Assembly (NCBI GenBank): GCA_951406725.2
Contig: OX597815.1
Location: 128,154,001-128,218,000, forward strand
Origin: Octopus vulgaris
Lineage: Eukaryota
DNA: 64,000 bases
Direction of reading: 5' to 3'
Below are positions 12,366 through 25,794 of the stretch, one piece after another. The stretch's first letter is position 1; each line of letters opens with the position of its first letter. The notes under the pieces are model-generated. The model searched no databases, had not been told where the DNA came from, and was given only the letters and a program-made list of their open reading frames with translations. The position numbers and the translations under genes were made by a program.

Positions 12366-15268
12366 GATATAACATAACAATAAACCAGGAGGAATTTCAA
12401 GAGAAAACAAATGGTAATATATGACTTCCAATATTTCACCATACTAAAGCAGTGCAAACTAGGTAACTCCAATTTATTGCACACAACTAGTTTCATCACA
12501 CATGGAAAAATTTGGAACAGAAATAAGTTAGAAATATTTTAGCCAACTAGCCAAAAGCAGAGATACTTGCCTTTTTTTATTTTCTTATTGGTGTTATGTT
12601 GAGTCCTTGGCAAAAATGCTTACCTCTAAGATCCATCTTTCTCTAAACAGGTACCATGAAGAGACATAAGTTCTTCCTCAGGAGGGTGACATGACCATAC
12701 TTGCATAACCATCACTCCTGCACATTTCACTCTGTCTTGAATACTCACCACACACACACACACACTCTGCTCACTTGTGGTCAGCCTTCAATAAAGGTTA
12801 ACATGACATCCATATTATCAACATTCATCTCATTTTCCTCCAGCCTTTCCCTCCCACATCTAATGCCTATACCTTGCTAATTTGTAGCATTATATTTATT
12901 CAGATTTGCCAACAGATGAAAGTTCTGGAATTTTTCCCATTTTCTGCACTAAAAACATCTGGTGAACAGTTTAACTTGTTCACTGTCTTCATTTTATTAA
13001 GACCCCAACTTCACTTCAGAACTCTGTGTGTGTGTGCGTGCATGTGTGTGTACATACATTAATAATAAAATTCAATATTAAATTCTCGTAATGGCCAATT
13101 TACCAAATGGTTTCATACCAGGGGCTGAGAAAAAACTCAGCAATCATCAGAAAAGGTCAAAAGGAATAGTATGATATGGGTTCTTAACCGATGGAGGTCT
13201 GAGAGTGTTACATCTGGTTTTCAGATCTTAAGGCTGTTGTGAAAAAAACACAAAACAAAATCATACAGAGAAAAAAAATATCTCTTAGACCATTAGCATT
13301 ATGTTTCTTGCATTGGGAGCAAAAAGAACCACCACAGTAAGGGTGAGGGTCAAGCTGAGAGCAAAGGTAGTAGTAGAGATGTGGGGGAGACATGCTATTT
13401 AGATTAATAGAGTGTCATTTTTCTGACTCTTAGATTTTTAGACATCGGTTGGTCAGTCAGTAGGTAGGCAGGTAGATGATATACATATATATATATTCGT
13501 TTTTTTTTTTACATGATGGATGAATGAGGTGCCATTTTACAACTCGATGCTCTTCCTGATGTAACACTTATCTGCTTTCCAAGCAAGGGATCTCTTATTC
13601 CACACAACTTTGAAAGTACAAAATGTGTAGACAATTTATTGACAAGAGTACTTCCAACAAGATCGCTCAATCATTGTGACCTTCACATGAGTGCAGATGT
13701 AAAGAAATACATAAATACACACATGTGCATGCATATACACACACAATGTGCGTGTGTATTTACATAATTTAACTCCTAACATAAATCTGGTGCCCCTCCC
13801 CCACTTTTTGGTTTGTAGTCTTGCAAGGAAAGAAACCATGTTATAATTTCACTGGTGTTGATGACATGAAACAAGCACCCAGTATACACTGTAATATAGC
13901 AGACATTAGGAAGAGCCTTCAGCTGTAGAAACCATGCTGAAACAAACACCAGAGCAGGATGCAGTCTCATCGAATCTTGTCAAACTGTCCAACCTTTGCT
14001 AGTTTGGAACACAGATGTTAAATGATGATGATACATATTTCTGTTTCCATTGACCAAATCTGTTCACATGACTTTGGTCAACCTGGGGCTATACTAGAAA
14101 ACACCTGCCCAAGATACCATGTAGAGAAGCAAATGCATATGAATGTGTGTACATATATCTTACATGAGCATATATTAACCAGCTTGCTACAAACTTGTAA
14201 CAAGGTGCTATTTACAAATTTAGAGATAAAACAGACAAAAATTTATAAGTTTCTACCTATTTACTTCCTACATGTAGAACAAAGACAGATTATTCTAAAA
14301 CCTTATATTCTGTTATGAGGTGTTTGAACTCTAAGCTATGCTTAAATGCTTCAGAACTTTCTCTGCAACTCTTTAAAATATTTTGCAATCTGAAAAAAGT
14401 CCTTAGCATATCAAAGTTTTAACGATTACCAAATCTTGATTTTCTTTATCCTGCAGAACTATAGTGAATATAAGTGAGTAAAACACCAATGTCTAGTGAA
14501 CAGCTAGGTGATCACTAAATTTGTCTATGAACTTGCTGCCAGTAGACTACAAAGTGTGGGATACTGATAAAGGTCTTCCACAAATCAACAAATTCAAATT
14601 GGAGCTAATTGTTCTTAACTAAGAACATTTCTTACAGTTGCTTTACCAGAAATATGGCACCTGTTGTTCCCCAAACCTAACTTTACTAAAAAATTTCTGA
14701 TTTAAAGGTTTGGCTTAGAAGTTTAAGAATTCCATAACTGCTCCTATCTAGTGTATCATCTTGCCCTTATAGTATATAACAATTATTTGAGATAGCACCG
14801 CATATTAAGTGAGCTACTGGCATTCAGCCTGTTTAGTCTGATACTTTCAGCATCTCAGAAAACAACCCTTATTGATCAATACCTTCCACTGCTTTTGTCA
14901 TCTTCATAATCTTATTAACCTTCTAACACCTCATTAATTCAACTTAAGGCAGCACTCGCTATTCCACTCATAATTCTTATTCAAAACTTTTTCATAACAG
15001 TATTTCTATGTTTCCCAATCATAGAAGGTTAGACCACTGTATCATTGCAGACACATTTCTCTCAATAGTAATTTCAATACTTACAAGCATACTGCCTTGC
15101 AATTTCAGAATATCTCACACCTCCACTTAGAATCCAATATGCAGAACAATAAGAATATCTCTTACTATTAGCATCTCTTCTGGACTAAGATATATGTGTA
15201 TGAGTGTATTTTATTCAGTGCATATCTATATATGATTGTGTGCTTAAATGCATTCAATAGTAACTCAC

Positions 15269-15725
15269 CTGAGAAACCAACAGCACAAGTCAGTTCATAG
15301 GAAGTATCATTAGTTAATATCATCATTAAAATATTTAGTGCAATAAGAACGACACCTGAAGCTACAGTACAAAATACCAATAAAAATCCAAAGTGTTGTG
15401 ATGATAGCCTTTTTTCTAGGCGGATACCTTTCGAAAGGAAAGAAACCATGTTATAATAAAGATGTAGATCATCGAGATGGAAAAATGCTCCATAGATTAG
15501 TCGTTTCCATTGCAAATGAGTCCATACATGAAACACACTGATGCAAGCAGTTTCTACTGATGGGAAAATCGATACGGGCATAAAGAAGTTCTCAAAGTGA
15601 ACAGCTACATTCACTAAGGTGACAAATAATGTAACTGGTGGGATTACAGAAAAGCCACCAAGATACATTAGATGATTAAGTAACTGTAGTAAAATGAAGA
15701 AGGAACCTCTGCCTCTTCTATCCAT
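15269..15725 (-). CDS. RHBDD1: Rhomboid domain-containing protein 1 (RHBDL4), first coding exon
   Basis: ATG at 15725: MDRRGRG..IPPVTL..ACIS..QWKRLI (WR motif)..FFHLDDLHLYYNMVSFL (HxxxN)..CAVGFS (catalytic Ser). Acceptor tttttag precedes 15755 (short 5' UTR part). Donor TCAG|gtgagt at 15269, phase 1. Confidence 0.95.
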
Positions 15726-15784
15726 CGTTGAAAGGTCAGATCATCCAAACACAAACTAAAAATAAAAAAGAAAATAATCAATTA

Positions 15785-15888
15785 GAATAATAATAATAAT
15801 AATAATACTGATGATAATGATAATAATAATAATACTGATGATGGTAATAATAATAATAATACTGATGATGGTAATAATAATAATAATG
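15785..15888. repeat. (AAT)n / actgatgatggt-punctuated microsatellite
   Basis: Read directly; lies just upstream of the RHBDD1 first coding exon acceptor. Confidence 0.9.
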
Positions 15889-16114
15889 GTTTCAAATTTT
15901 GCTACAAGGGTAGCAAATTTAGGAGAAGGGATGAAATGATTACATCGACCTCAGTGTTCAACTGGTACTTATTTTATTGAGCCCGAAAGGATGAAAACAA
16001 AGCCGACCTCAAACTCAGAATGTAGCAATGGGTAAAATACTACTAAGCATTTCATCCAACAAGCTAACAATTCTACCAGCTCACCATCTTAACAACAACA
16101 GCAACAACAATAAT

Positions 16115-16585
16115 AGGGCTATGGCAAATATTCTGCTCAATGCAACAGTTTTGCTTGTCATTTGCTTGACCATAACCAGTTGAGCATGTCCCTTGGTGGC
16201 TGACGATATGTGCATCTCTGATCATGAGTAGAAGTAGTAGGGGAGCATCATAGCCATGTGTCAAGAGGAATTCTTTGGGGGTTTGAATAATTCACGTTTG
16301 GAAACATGGGTGTTTTATTCAACATCCTTAAACAAGTCTTATTCAGGGACCTTTTGAGCAGGATGGACTACTCAACATGAGGAAAACTCCAACTGGGCCC
16401 CACCTGCAAGGTCATGCACTGTTTATCTTGATATGAGGTCACCAGGTCATGCATATATGGTTGTGATGCATGTGCCTGGTATACCCCTTATCAAACAGGT
16501 AGTCATGATGGGTATATTGGGCTTCGTATATTTGTACTCCAGTATCACTTTGATGACATTCATTGCTTTCTCACTCAATAATAAT
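16115..16585 (+). mobile_element. Repeat family E, second copy
   Basis: Colinear with 10960-11420. Confidence 0.7.
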
Positions 16586-17865
16586 GTTTCCAATTTTGAG
16601 ACAAGACCAGTAATTTTAGGAGTATGAGGTTCGTCAGTTACATCAACCCCAGTACTTGACTGCTACTTTATTTTTATCAACGCCAAAAGAATGAAACCAG
16701 AAGAAATACCACTATGCATTTTGCACATAAAAGCACCCATTACACTCTCAGAGTGGTTGGTATTAGGAAGGGCATCCAGCCAAAGAAACCATGCCAAATC
16801 AGACTGGTGTCTGGTGCAGCCTTACAGCTTATCAGCTCTGTTCAAACCATCAAACCCATGCCAGCATGGATAATGGACTTTAAATGATGATGAGGATGAT
16901 AATAATTCTGCCTGTTGACCACCTTAATAGTGATAACAATCATTTAATGGTCATGCTGACATGGACTGGGTGGTTTCACAAGGCCGAAGGACTGCATTGG
17001 CCCAAGGACTGTATTGTGCTCATCTGTCTAACAGCAGCCGCTTTACAGTGTGTCCTTTATTCATGTCACCAGCACTAGTGAGGCTATCATAATGCCTGCG
17101 AGACTATGAGCCCTGAGAGAGGTGACTTTATGCAATGAAATGAAGGATTAAAGAAAGGGCCAGAGCAGAAGAGGTTTCTTCCAGTAGAGGAGTTTCAGGG
17201 TACTTATATTTTAGAGGGGGTTGCAGGGGTAAGATAAGAACAGCGGTGCTGCAGTGTATGGGTGGACCCTCACGGTACAAAAGAAAAAGAAGTGAATGGA
17301 GATAGAAGACCTGGAAATGTAGATGGGCAGAGGTTACTAAAGTATAGGAGAGAGGGAGAGATTGAGGGGGCTATATCATGAATGAAGAACAAGTGTTGAG
17401 TGGATGATAAGTAGGGGAGATAGAGTAGACTAGGTGACTATTGTAGGGATTAGATAACGTTGAGGGATGGATGTAGGGAATGGTGGTTAAGGGGTGGGAG
17501 AGACCAACATGAGGGTGAAGAGTAGCAGAATAGTAAAGATGGTACAGCAGACAAGGGAAAGATGAGACAGACAGACAGAGATGACAAGTGGTTGGGTAGG
17601 TTGCAACAGCACAAGGGAGGAGAAATAGACATAATGCATGGAAAGAGTAAAAGACATTAGATAGTGGAGGTGAGATGGTATGGTGGTTCGGGTGGAGAGG
17701 ACAGTATTAAAGATGAGGGAGGTATATCAAGTGAAGAAGTGAAATGTGCGCCCACCCCCATCAGAGAGAAAGATTAGTGGTATCATGGAAAAGCTGCAGT
17801 TAGAGTATTGAAGGGTGAGAGTGGTGTCTTGAAGACGAAGTTAGGCAAAGGGCCCAGTTGTTCCC

Positions 17866-17898
<33 letters not shown>

Positions 17899-17899
17899 A

Positions 17900-18838
17900 C
17901 ACTTCCAAAACAGTTTCATTAAGTTGGGTACTTCTTGAGGACTAAATATTGCCAGTCATCCCAGTCCCATGTTAACTCTTCTGTGAGGTCCAAGATCTTG
18001 AGATCACCTTCACCTCTTCATCCCAAGTTATTCTGGGTCTTCCTCATACACCTTAAGTGATCAACACTTCTTTATACAGCTGTCTTCATCCATATACATC
18101 ACATATCCATACCATCACAGTCTTCTTTTTTGCACACCTAATTTCTCTTATGTCTAGTTTTTTTCTCAGTACATTTGTGCTATAAAATTCAGGCCCATTT
18201 ACACAATGGAGCACACTCCTTTATTTCTTTCCAGTCTTCTCAAGTCCCCTGCATTCAAGGCCCATGCGTCACTACTAAACAGTATTGAAGTTCAAACACA
18301 CATATTTTACCCCTCACTCTAAGAGAAAAAACTTTTTCCAGCCTACTCTTACCAAGGCTACGATACTTTCAGAGCAACCACCTGCCTTGCTAAATACATC
18401 CTCTAGAGAGCAAACACTATTGACTGCTTCTAATCAGCCATCTGGGCATGTAAGGGAATTTTATTTCTAGTGTGCTCTAGGTATGTGCTGCTCCAGTGCA
18501 TCTGTTGTATATGAAGCATACTTTCTTAGTTAATCTGCCAATAATTCTACTACACCTCATGCATCCATTGCTTACACTGAGTTGGATACAGCATATAGAT
18601 TTTATAGTTACTCCTTCTTTGCATATCAATCAAGATAATTCCCTGAAGATATCAGGGTCCTGTTTTCTTTCTAACTTAATAAAAACTTTAGACTTTGTTA
18701 AATTTACCTTTAGACCCCTTAATACTAGAGTTAGCTTCCATGTCTGGAATTTATTCTTTAATTCTGCCAGAGATTCGGCTATGAGAACAAAATGATCAGC
18801 ATATGAGAGTTTCCATGGACAGCAACTCTCAAATTACT
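17900..18838 (-). mobile_element. RTE-clade LINE fragment
   Basis: The minus strand reads CPWKLSYADHFVLIAESLAELKNKFQTWK..KVNLTKSKV (degenerate YADD). The 3' part is similar to 46550-47150. Confidence 0.75.
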
Positions 18839-18839
18839 T

Positions 18840-19950
18840 TGCGCGAAACCAAGATATTTTGGTTCATTGACTGACGAGGAAAACTCTGCTGCGAATATTC
18901 CGTGTATCGTGTCTTTGTCTATATTCCCCGTCCGTTAAGCTTCCCGTTTGCTCAGTTTTCGTCTAACTTTTTCTCCTTGTGTTCTGTCTGTTCAATCCTT
19001 GATATATCCATGAAGCGCACACACACACCGCTTATTTGGCGGCACACAAAGTTGTTCAGTGCATGTTCCTGTTAGAAATGCGTATAAATAGATTCTTAGT
19101 TAGAAGTTGAATACAGTCGACAATATGGTACGTAACCCTGTTTACCAAACAACTGACAAACACAACCACTACCACACATCATCTTCACTCTTACATCTAC
19201 TTTGATACAAACATATCCATATACAGAAGTATGAATTCCTAGATCCGAAACTCCGATAAAAATCATATTTGTATTTTCCACTATACCCCGGTCGTGTTTT
19301 CCGTGGAGGAAATTCGTCTTAGACACCGGTCTCCAAAAAGACAGATTGTTTGTTTATTTTAGTCAAGCGATATATTAAAAATGAAAAAATATCAAACACA
19401 GAAAAGAAACAAATAATTACTGATTTATGTTCTTTAAACGAAAGTACCATGCTTCTTTCTGTCAATCGAATTTCAAGAAGTTAACTTATACAAAAAAAAA
19501 TAATTTATAAACATTTTTGTATTAAAATAATATTACAGGAATATTATAGACTTAGAATAAAAAAAGATTATTTAAAAACAGAAAAAAAGTGAGAAGTGTC
19601 GGATTTGATCACAGAGTATAAATAAAACAATTTTACAAATAAGGCTTGCAGGTGGAAGTAGTATTTATAGACTAAGAGAATAATAGCTATGAAAAAGTTG
19701 TCGAATATGTAACGTAAACGGCCGCCGGTACGAAACAAACAGGACCATATAAAAAAAAAAGACATACCATATTCACCCAGTTTAGAAATAAACCATCATT
19801 TTATATAAGTGACTTGTAAAATTAAACTGCGTTAATCACCATTTATGGTAAATTTTAGATATAAAACAGAACAACTTGGAATTTATGTAGGCATTCGGTG
19901 ATTTCACACGTGCATAGTGTTAAGTAATACTTGATTAGCTAATGAAGGAG
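18840..19950 (-). promoter_or_regulatory. Likely RHBDD1 5' region (promoter / non-coding first exon)
   Basis: CpG frequency rises abruptly at about 18840, upstream of the first coding exon, which starts with an acceptor. Minus-strand donor-like sites include ATG|gtatgt at about 19767. The TSS cannot be determined. Confidence 0.35.
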
Positions 19951-21899
19951 CCTGTGATCACTGAGGCTAATTAAACTAACTTAGCTGACGTTTTATAGGA
20001 TATTTTATATAGAATAAGACATCGTTAGAATTTTTGTCGTTCCTATGTTAGACTCTGTTTGTACGGGTAGTGGTTGTTTATGTACATATTTGACAACTTC
20101 ATAATAATTTCTGGTTTCTTAAATAGTAATATGAGTAAATTGTATATTTACGAAATATCGGGAAACCTGTATAGTAATATGTCTGTTGGTTCTGAGGCCA
20201 AATGATCGATGAAACAACACTTGAGAAATAATTTCTCAAATCATGGCAACTATTACAGGGGAGATAACTGGCAATTGTTTGTTTCGTTATTGTTGTTTTT
20301 TACGTTTATTTACAGAAGAGTGGGCAGCATGACCCATACAGGAATTACTGTTTAGCTCCTCGTTTACCATGGTTCGGCAGATTTTATCGATTAATGGCAT
20401 ATTATATCCTGTATGTCCTTTATATATAGCTGGGAGTCAACAGTTTAAGAGGGATTTTAGCTGCAATTTCCATTATTAAACCGTGAAAGCCATTTACTAA
20501 GTTCAATATTCTGACCACATCGCTTGGGCAGAACTTAATGTGCAGCTTTCTACAGCAGCAACACCATGAGTTGTACTTTCTTCCTTCCTCGTTCTAGTCT
20601 CGGAAGCCCTATGAACAATCTTTTGTTTCATGTACAAATAACAAACAACAAAATGAAAGGAAACAATTGTCTAGCCATTACGCCATAAATCACAGTTTCG
20701 TAGGAAGATCGCCCTTACCATATTTCTAGAAAGCAAGTATCTGAAGTCTCTATGCATGACACGATCTTTGCTTTTGATGAAATTCCATGCCCCTTCTATT
20801 GTGTAATATTGCATAGTTGGGAATCTATGAAATAAAGACTAGTGTACCGTGCAATGGTTTGTCAGTTGTTTTCCTTTTATGTTGTCTTCAACTGTATGGA
20901 CGTAATACGAAAAGTCACCGACTTTCTACAAGATCATGATCATTGCCCTTCTACCTCTGACTAAGCTGCAATCAGTAATCGAGGGACAGCGTAGAAGCTC
21001 CGTCGTTCCCTCGTTGTTAGAGTTTAGTCCCAGTTTACGAGGATTGAATAGACCTATGCTCAAAGACTTTCCCATTGTAACTATTCTTTTATTCAGATTT
21101 CAGTTAGAACTACCGTATCTAATGTGTTCTTTTTAAAAACAATAGTGATTAGCGGAGAATATGGTTGCTATTGATTGCAGATTGAACGACTTCGTAGTGT
21201 TTCCCTTTTAAGCTTCACCAAAGTCCGTTGTTGTTCGTGGCATATAGGTTGTTCACCGAAAGACATGGTGTGAACCACGGATCTGATTTCATAGTTAAAC
21301 ATGCCTTCGTCTCGCTAAAGACTAAACTACACGCCTACCTGCAGTGATGAATCATATGGAGAGCAGTATGACAACTCAGACATGTTACACTGACTACCCT
21401 TGTCTGTACACCCATAGAATTCGAGAGTGATCACAGTAAAGGCGGACAAGATCGGGGCACGACAGTTGATGCGCCTCTGCAGTTATTACTGACGCTCTGC
21501 ATTTCAGCAGATTATATGTGTTTTTGATATTACAGACATTCTTGTATGTGTTTGAGAGGGGTTTTTTTCTGTTTCTCTGGGTTATGTAAGAGAAGTGGTG
21601 TTCCCTTCGGGCGCCGTTGTAGTTGTTGTCTGAGATGCAATGGTGAAACTGGAGTGTGTGCGGGCCAGGCAACCCTTGGGTCTCCCCACCGCGAGGATTT
21701 ATAGATTTATACAGCGAACCCCAATAGTACCACCCGAGGCAGACCGCTCTTCACTTTCTCCCAGCTATGCTACAGCCTGGATGTTCTATATGTGTTTAGG
21801 TATTAAACGTGATTTTGTCTTGTAGCTGTGGTGACAGGGAAGACGAAATTTTCTCCGAAAACAAACTCTTCCCCAAACATGTTTAGGTGGTCTCTCGGT

Positions 21900-22318
21900 C
21901 TGGCAGCTGACTTGGCAGACACCCATAAAATTATTAACCATCTTACAAACAATTACTCTGAGCACCTTTTCAAACTTCACCTGTCTAACACCCGTGGACA
22001 TGTTTACAAAGTCAGAAAACAGCACCGCTCCCATGACTTTCAGAAACATTTTTTCACGCTAAGAGTTGCTGAAGCATGGAACAGACTGCCGGCATTAGTT
22101 GTTAGTTGTCGGAGCACTGCATCCTTCAAAACTTCCTGAGATTCGCTAACACTACACCTGATTTTCTCCCCTCCATACGCACGCAAGCATGTATCTGACT
22201 CATACACTGTTCGCTTTCCAGACATTTGTACATTACTGCATATACTTTATACGCACATTTTGACAAGTTGTGGTGCACTTGAGCACTGTATACAATAATT
22301 TCAATATTATTATTATTA
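21900..22318 (+). mobile_element. CR1-group LINE 3' fragment
   Basis: DLADTHKII..TRGHVYKV..HFFTLRVAEAWNRLP..SFK is a typical CR1-group ORF2 C-terminus. It is followed by a 3' UTR and an (ATT)n tail. Confidence 0.85.
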
Positions 22319-23250
22319 ATCGTTAGAACCTGAGCAGAAATGCCATGAGACTAGTATACGACGAGGACCAAAGGCAATTGTAGTATCAATAATAAGCACA
22401 GAGTGAGAACACAATATGTTTGTGGGCCAGAAGTTGAGGTGTATTAGCGAGCTACTTCGTGTCTATCAGTCGTATGGCCGGATATTTGGGAAGGGATAAA
22501 CTGATACCAGTAACCCCAGTATTCGTCTGGTATTTTATTTATCTTCGCCGAAAGGAATGAATGTTGAAGTCGACCACTGCAGAACTCGAATTCAAAACGT
22601 AGAGTCGAAACAAACACTGCAAAGCATTTTACCCAAAGATAAGCATTTTATCTAAATATTCTGCCAATACACTAAATAATTTTAATATTGGTTTCAAATT
22701 TTAGCACAAGACCAGCAATTTCGGTAGTGTGGTGGTGGTAGTTGTGGGTAAGTTTATTACATCGACTCTAGTATTCAAGTACTTATTTTATCGACTCCGA
22801 AGGGCTGAAAGGCAAAGTCAACCTTGGTGGAATTAGAACCTAGAACAAAAAGGTAGACGAAATGTCACAAAGCATTTTCCCGGCATGCTAACGATTCTTT
22901 TTTCTTTATTGCCCACAAGGAGCTAAACATAAAGGGGACAAACAAGGACAGATAAAGGGATTAAGTCGATTACATCGACCAGTGCGTAACTGGTACTTAA
23001 TTTATCGCCCCCAACAATTCTGCCAGTTCGCCGATTTCACTATTTTCATTGTAGGAGTTACTTCCCTTTGACCATGGTCATTCTATTTGACGACGAGATC
23101 GTTTTAGTTTATTTTATCTTTTACTTGTTAGGCAGATGACTGCGGCTATGCTGGGGCACTGCCCTGAAGAATTTGGTCGAACGAATTGACCCCAGTACAT
23201 ATTCTGCCGTTCTCGTTTGCCGAACTTCTAACTTACGAGGATGTAAACAA

Positions 23251-23625
23251 GCGGAGGAGTGGCTGTGTGGTAAGTAGCTTGCTTACCAACCACATGGTTC
23301 CGGATTCAGTCCCACTGCGTGGCACCTTGGGCAAGTGTCTCCTACTATAGCCTCGGGCCGACCAAAGCCTTGTGAGTGATGTTGGTAGACGGAAACTGAA
23401 AGAAGCCCGTCGTCTATATGTATGTGTGTGTATATGTTTGCGTGTCTGTGTTTGTTCCCCAAACATCGCTTGACAACCGTAACTTAGCGGATCGGCAAAA
23501 GAGGACAATAGAATAAGTACTAGGCTTACAAAGAGTAAGTCCTGGGGCCGATTTGCACGACTAAAGGCGATGCTCCAACATGGCCGCAGTCAGATGACTA
23601 AAACAAGTAAAAGTGTAAAAGAGTA
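23251..23625 (+). mobile_element. SINE family A, nested in opposite orientation inside an older family A copy (about 23115-23895)
   Basis: Full head GGAGTGGCTGTGTGGTAAG..TTCAGTCCCACTGCGTGGCACCTTGGGCAAG. The host copy resumes with gccaacactggttgtcaag. Confidence 0.85.
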
Positions 23626-23929
23626 AGCCAACACTGGTTGTCAAGCTGTGGTAGGAGGAAAGTATAGACACACACACGCACACATACACACACACACACA
23701 CACGCACACATACACACACACACACATCCATGAATGTGTCTTTATACTATTATATACACGATGATTTTCTTCCAGTTCCCGTCATCTAAATACACTCTGA
23801 AGGCTTCTGTCGGCCCAGAAGATAAGATGCTGCACTATGGGACTGAATCCATGATTACACGGTTGGGAAGTAAGCGTTTTAATCACACAGCCACCCATAT
23901 TTTCTGGGTATAGGCGAGAAACATTTTAT

Positions 23930-24075
23930 TCTTCCTTCAAAACATGCCCGTGCGCTCGCGCACGTAATCAAGCCGAATATGAATGACAACATAAAGCGGA
24001 CGTCACGTAATGGTGCAAAACGGAAAGGACGTGGCAGACGAAAATAGAAATGATTAGCAGCCGACACACGTTATA
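23930..24075. promoter_or_regulatory. CpG-rich promoter/enhancer-like patch
   Basis: Unique CpG-dense sequence with NRF1-like TGCGCTCGCGCA (23951-23962), CRE-like GACGTCAC (23999-24006), ETS-like CGGAA (24021) and XBP1/UPRE-like GACGTGGC (24028-24035). Confidence 0.5.
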
Positions 24076-24100
24076 ACATATTTCCTGTCTGTCTGTCGCG

Positions 24101-24134
<34 letters not shown>

Positions 24135-24140
24135 TATGTT

Positions 24141-24539
24141 TACTCTTTTACTTGTTTCAGTCATTTGACTGCGGCCATGCTGGAGCACCGCCTTTAATCG
24201 AGCAACTCGACCCCGGGACTTATTCTTTTGTAAGCCCAGTACATATTCTATCGGTGTCTTTTGCCGAACCGCTAAGTGACGGGGACATAAACACACCAAC
24301 ATCGGTTGTCAAGCAATGCTAGGGGACAAACACAGACACACAAACACACACACGCATATATATATATATACATATACACGACGGGCTTCTTTCACCTCCG
24401 TCTACCAAATCCACTCACAAGGCTTTGGTCGACCCGAGGCTATAGTAGAAGACACTTACCCAAGGTGCCACGCAGTGGGACTGAACCTGGAACCATGCGG
24501 TTGGTAGACAAGCTACTTATCACACAGCCACTCCTGCGC
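24141..24539 (-). mobile_element. SINE family A, full length, CpG-rich
   Basis: Colinear with 6549-6930 and 32670-33057. Confidence 0.88.
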
Positions 24540-25794
24540 TTATATATATATATATATATATGTTTATATATCTTTTTATTTTATTATTGTGTTTCTGGCT
24601 TTGCCGAACCGCTAAGTTACGGGGACACCAACACTGGTTGTCAAGCAGTGGGCAGATGCACATAGACACACACATCATGATCATCATCATTTAAGGTTTC
24701 CATGCTGGACGATTTGACTAAAAACTGGTAAGCTGGGAACCTGCACCAAGTTCCAGTCTGATTTGGCATGGTTTCTGCAGCTAGATGCCCTTTCTAACAT
24801 ATAACAGTCTTCTTTCAGTTTCCATCTACCAAATCCAGTCACAAGGCTTTGGTCAACCCAAAGCTATAGTGAAAGTCACTTACCCAAGTTGCCACACTGT
24901 GGAACTGAACATGGAACCATGTGGTTGGGAAGCAAGTTTCTTACCACACAGCCATGCCTGCACTTATGTATATATATATATATATGTATCATAGCGAATG
25001 CCGGACAGAGGGGTCACACAGGAGAGCTAGGAAGAAGGGGAGATAATAAAGTAGTGGTGATCCCAAAACGAAGGTGCACATGCGTATGTATAAGAGAGTA
25101 TGTATGGTCATGTGGAAGAGGGCTGGTGTCTTTGATGTGTGTATGTGTAGGCGTGTGGCTGTGGGTCTGGGAAGTGGTCAGTATCAGTGTGTGCGTGGTG
25201 GTGTGATGTGATGGTGTTGAGAGTTGGGGAGGCAAGAGTGGGTAAAGCAAGGGTGGGGTGTGGCTAGGCTGAGGGTGGAGGTAGAGGTGGGGTATGTGAG
25301 TAGGCTGAGGATGGGGTAGAGGTAGAGTATATGGGAGTGGGTGTAAGGGATGGGATGGATAGGGAAGGTGGAGTTGGATTGTGTAGGAGTGGGGTTGGAT
25401 TATGAGGGAGAGAGGTGATGAAGGGGGAAGGTGGAGAAGAGAGAAGGAAAGTAGGAGTGAAGAGAAGAAGTAGGAGTCGGAGCAAAAGAGGAGAGGTGGG
25501 TGGGAGGAAATAGATGTGAGGGGGAGAGAGGAGAGTTGAGCCCATGTGACGCAAAGGAGCGAAGAGAGAAGATTAATCCCTGTTCACACCACAAATGGGA
25601 GTCAGGATGGCCTCTGTACAAGGACAATATATATATATATATATATATATGAACCAACTAAATTGTTTCTCCATTTTCTTATTTGCATTATATATATATA
25701 TATATATATATATATTACTGTATGTATGTGTATGTATATATATACATATATATATATACATACGCACACATAATGTCCTGTTAAATAACACAAG

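Noticed and set aside
15168-15268. ORF-track extension GELLLNAF..QKRC of RHBDD1
   Set aside because: Read-through past the gtgagt donor; the rhomboid sequence continues in downstream exons.
20221-20239. Palindrome ttgagaaat-a-atttctcaa
   Set aside because: AT-rich and short; the spacing does not fit HSE or STAT consensus.
21341-21400. C/D snoRNA-like TGATGA...CTGA segment
   Set aside because: The terminal stem is weak, and the only rRNA-like complementarity I noticed (actcagacatg) is not adjacent to a D box. A snoscan run would be needed.
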